DNA of 64,000 nucleotides from Blepharisma stoltei ATCC 30299 (lineage: Eukaryota; Protista; Ciliophora): assembly GCA_965603825.1 (NCBI GenBank), contig CBFDEM010000008.1, positions 62,001 to 126,000 of the forward strand. Direction: 5' to 3'. A model generated the notes under the pieces. It worked only from the letters and a program-made list of their open reading frames with translations, did not search any database and was not told the origin of the DNA. Positions 60,755 through 64,000 of the stretch are shown piece by piece. Within the stretch, counting starts at the first letter, position 1. Every line of letters begins with the position of its first letter. A program made the position numbers and the translations under genes.

Positions 60755-62122
60755 TTACTCCAGCTCTGAATTAACATAAATCAACCGAGCCTTCGCAAAT
60801 CCGTTGAACGTAGAAGCAGCTGCAACTGTATAAGCACCCATATTTGAGAACGAAAGCCAATCTCCAATTTCTAACTCCGGTAGCATCATTTTTGCTGTCA
60901 AGCAGTCCATTGAGTCACAAGTTGGCCCCCAGATGCTGCATTCATAAGCATTTTCATTGTTTTCCATCCTAGAGTCTTTCCTATATATATGAGGATTTGG
61001 AAGCACAGCGTGGTCAAACATGATGTTATTGAATGACCCGTATACACCGTCATTCACATAATACATGCACATTTTTTCAGCGCTTGGCTTCTTTATTTCT
61101 TTTTTTGATGTCACATTTACACTTAAGCTAAATGCGCTGGCAACGTAGTATCTTCCAGGCTCCGCGATAACTTTTACATTTCGAGGGAACAGCTCGTCAA
61201 GAACTGGCCTAATCACGCTTGCAATTTCATCAAATTTTACTAAGCCAGGCTGTTCATACCCAGGGAACCCTCCACCAATATCAAGCAGAGTTGGGTTGTA
61301 CCCTGCTGCTTCAATATCATTAAAAGCTTTTCTTGCTAATAAAAGTGCATCACTATAAGCTGTTGCATCAGTGCAGCCAGAGCCGACGTGGAAGCTGATA
61401 CCAACAATGTTTACCCCAATTTCTTTAGCTTCTTGTACAAGCTCCGGTACAAGATCAATTGGAATCCCGAATTTTTTCCCAAGTCTGCATACAGCCTTCG
61501 AGTCGTCAGCATAAATGCGGATGACAACATCTGCGTTGGGGTTAATTTCGTGGATTTTGTGAAGTTCATCTGCACAGTCGGCAGTCATAAGGTTAACGTA
61601 TTGATCTCTGGCGTATCTGATGTTGGATTTTGCCTTACATGGATTTGCAAAAATAATGTTTTCTGGCTCGACGCCTAAGCCGATAATTGCTTTGATTTCT
61701 TCTGTACTTGCACAGTCAAAACCAGTCCCAAGTGATGCCAAAGTTTTCAATACGGCCATATCACTATTGCATTTTACTGCATAATAAGGCTTGACCCTCG
61801 GCAAGAGGGTCATCCATTGATTATGTTTTCTCACAACATCGCCAAGATCAGCGACATAAAAAGGTTCTTCAATTTTTTGTTGATAAATCTGATGCCTGAT
61901 AACTGAATCAAGCAGAGCTTTAGGGTCAACTTCGAAATCAAAAGATGGCTCTATTACTGGTTCCTTAGAAATATTTCCAGGACTTGTTGGTGGGATATAA
62001 GGGAAATTGGGATCCGGGCTTATCGGAAGTCCAAGTCTTTGGAAATTTTTTGAGGAGTTGAAGTTTGTAGCGAATTTCATCATTGAACAAGCATTTCGAA
62101 GTCTAGATGCACTCTTAAGCAT
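60755..62122 (-). CDS. ODC: Ornithine decarboxylase
   Basis: PLP lysine PYYAVKCN, GFDCAS, KFG, SFHVGSG, LDIGGGF, AEPGRYY, WGPTCDSMD and MGAYT...FNGF. Confidence 0.95.
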   Translation of the reverse strand: MLKSASRLRNACSMMKFATNFNSSKNFQRLGLPISPDPNFPYIPPTSPGNISKEPVIEPSFDFEVDPKALLDSVIRHQIYQQKIEEPFYVADLGDVVRKHNQWMTLLPRVKPYYAVKCNSDMAVLKTLASLGTGFDCASTEEIKAIIGLGVEPENIIFANPCKAKSNIRYARDQYVNLMTADCADELHKIHEINPNADVVIRIYADDSKAVCRLGKKFGIPIDLVPELVQEAKEIGVNIVGISFHVGSGCTDATAYSDALLLARKAFNDIEAAGYNPTLLDIGGGFPGYEQPGLVKFDEIASVIRPVLDELFPRNVKVIAEPGRYYVASAFSLSVNVTSKKEIKKPSAEKMCMYYVNDGVYGSFNNIMFDHAVLPNPHIYRKDSRMENNENAYECSIWGPTCDSMDCLTAKMMLPELEIGDWLSFSNMGAYTVAAASTFNGFAKARLIYVNSELE

Positions 62123-62478
62123 ACCCTTTCCTAGGTGTCTTTATTAATGCAAGCCACAGAAAATTTCAAGCTTAAATCGTATAAAATGGCGATAAAGCTT
62201 CACTGGAAATTTTACAAGACCTTTTAGGTTGGGATGAAGAAGGGATTATAAAATTTGATGGAAGATTGAGGAAAACGGAAAAATTATGGGAAAGGAGGCT
62301 AGGGATTTGGAAAATTAAGGGAAAAAATTTGGAAAAGCCATAGACGAGATTGTGAAAAACTTGTAATTAAGGCATTTATAGTCGAAATTTAAAGAAAATT
62401 GTAAGATTATAAGGCCTTTTATAGCTATTATTTTTGAAATATTGATAATCTGACACAATTTTAAAATCAAAAAAATAA

Positions 62479-64000
62479 TTAAATTTTTTCCATCACCAAA
62501 TCTACCAAATTTCTATTAATCCCATTCTTTTTAAGCCACTTCACTGCTTTTCTCTCTATTAATGCCCATTCAGCTTTCTGTCCTTCACAATATTTATTCA
62601 AATACGCCAGTGCTATTAGTGTCCCAATAAGATTTTCAAGAGAAATCTTTCTAATTTCCTCAGAAATTTCTGGTGAAAATTTCAGCAAATTAATAACAGC
62701 AGAATCAGCCCAAAACCCATCAAAAGCTTGGATTTCTACTATTTTCATATAATTTACTATTTTTGGTTTTTGAGACACAGCTATCTCTACAGATGAATAA
62801 GAAGCTGGTTCAGTCAAAATGTCCCCAAAAAGATCTATAGCATTATTTTGAGATGAATCTGCAAAAATATCTTGCTGGGATCTTATGCACTTTTTATCAT
62901 CGTTTGCTTTTTTTGGAGGGGTGGATTTTTTAGGTAAAGCTTGAGAAATAGGATCAGGAATAGTCTCTTGTAGGTTTGCAGCTGAATACGAAGGACTTGT
63001 AGGCGAATATGATGGACTGCTAGGTGAATACGATGGGGATATTTGGGAATATATAGGTGGCAAAAATGATGGAGGAGGATTTAGTTTTGGGACTGATGCT
63101 TGGGTTTGAATTTGGCTTGAAGAAAAAGAAGAATGAGTGCTTTTAAGAGAAGCAGATTGAATATTTGAAAGAAAAGTAGGCTGATAGTAGGCTGTTTGAG
63201 GTAAACTCATAGGAGGAGGAGGAGGAGGAGGAGGGATACTCCCAGACGCGAGTAGCGGCGTACAGAAGCCAACCATTGTAGGTTTATATGCTGGCTGAGA
63301 AGGCAAGCTTGCTTGGGGAAGAAATTGAGAGGGAGGAGGAGGAGCAGATTGAGGAAGAGGAGGTGGTGGACAATTTAAATTCAAAACAGGCGGAGATGGG
63401 CAATATCCAGGCATAGGAGGAGAGTATTGGAACGCATTACTAGAGGAATTGCTGCTAAGAGTTTGCTGAGGAGAACTGCCGAATAAAATATTTTTAAATC
63501 CAGACATACCGTGATTAGTGATAGGCCGAGATTGATTAACTATCACACCTTGCATAGGTATTCTATATGATGTAGGCTCTCTATTCATAGCTTCTTTTTT
63601 CTTTAATTTTATAAACTCCATTTCTCCACTCTCAGCATTCGCCGTCAATTTTTTCGCAATAAAAACTGTATACGGTGACAGCACCTGATATTTCACAGAC
63701 ATCTCAATAATTTTTTCTTTCTCAGCGTTCTCCAAATCCTCAATTTTATTTTTCGCCCACAATTTCCTTATTTCTTCTCCATGTCCTATCTCATCCGAAT
63801 AATTTATATTAAATTCTCGTCTAGCTCTAATTTTTGTATCAAAACAGGTTAAAATTGGGGAAGAATTTGGGACGGAATTTCCTAGCTTTGAATAAAGAAT
63901 AAACCTTTCCCCATAATAAATTGTAGAAAGCCGCTGTGCTGATGGCGTAATCTCATCATTTCAATTGACAGTCCAATCAGTCAGGGCAGGCATTATGCAT
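62479..64000 (-). CDS. VWA5A/BCSC-1-like (VIT-VWA) protein, C-terminal part; start lies beyond the window
   Basis: PALTDWTVN(TGA=W), IYYGERFILY, IIEMSVKYQVLSPYTVFIA, a Pro-rich linker and terminal QAFDGFW...LIALAYL...EWALIERKAVKWL. Confidence 0.8.

Overview
This is AT-rich, gene-dense eukaryotic DNA, most consistent with the macronuclear genome of a heterotrich ciliate of the Blepharisma type. Two properties explain why the standard-code ORF track is fragmented. First, TGA is read as Trp: it sits at conserved Trp positions in many proteins and swaps reciprocally with TGG between two paralogs. Second, genes contain 15-nt GT-AG introns; I found nine, all with A at position 10. Re-reading the window under these rules gives about 27 genes. 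They include an EXD3/Mut-7 exonuclease, alpha-glucan water dikinase, KEOPS Pcc1, a PH-PHR protein, an RNA-dependent RNA polymerase directly behind Clp1, surface proteins, a cNMP-binding K+ channel, a USP32-like deubiquitinase and an FHA protein. A ~3.6-kb tandem duplication carries TauE/SafE transporter genes. Further on are two tandem ~2100-aa P4-ATPase-guanylyl cyclase fusions, a GH38 mannosidase, an ankyrin protein, a PH-CAMK kinase, an MDR oxidoreductase, a PDSS2-like protein, proteasome alpha1, DnaJ, a BI-1 family protein, ornithine decarboxylase and a partial VWA5A-like gene carrying Pol II CTD-like heptads. I saw no rRNA, tRNA, CRISPR array or intact mobile element. The best candidates for something undescribed are: a small-RNA gene neighbourhood (Mut-7, RdRP, Clp1); near-zero intergenic spacers (6, 22 and 29 nt); the CTD heptads in a non-polymerase protein; and an ODC with a possible mitochondrial presequence and uORFs. 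All of these are hypotheses.
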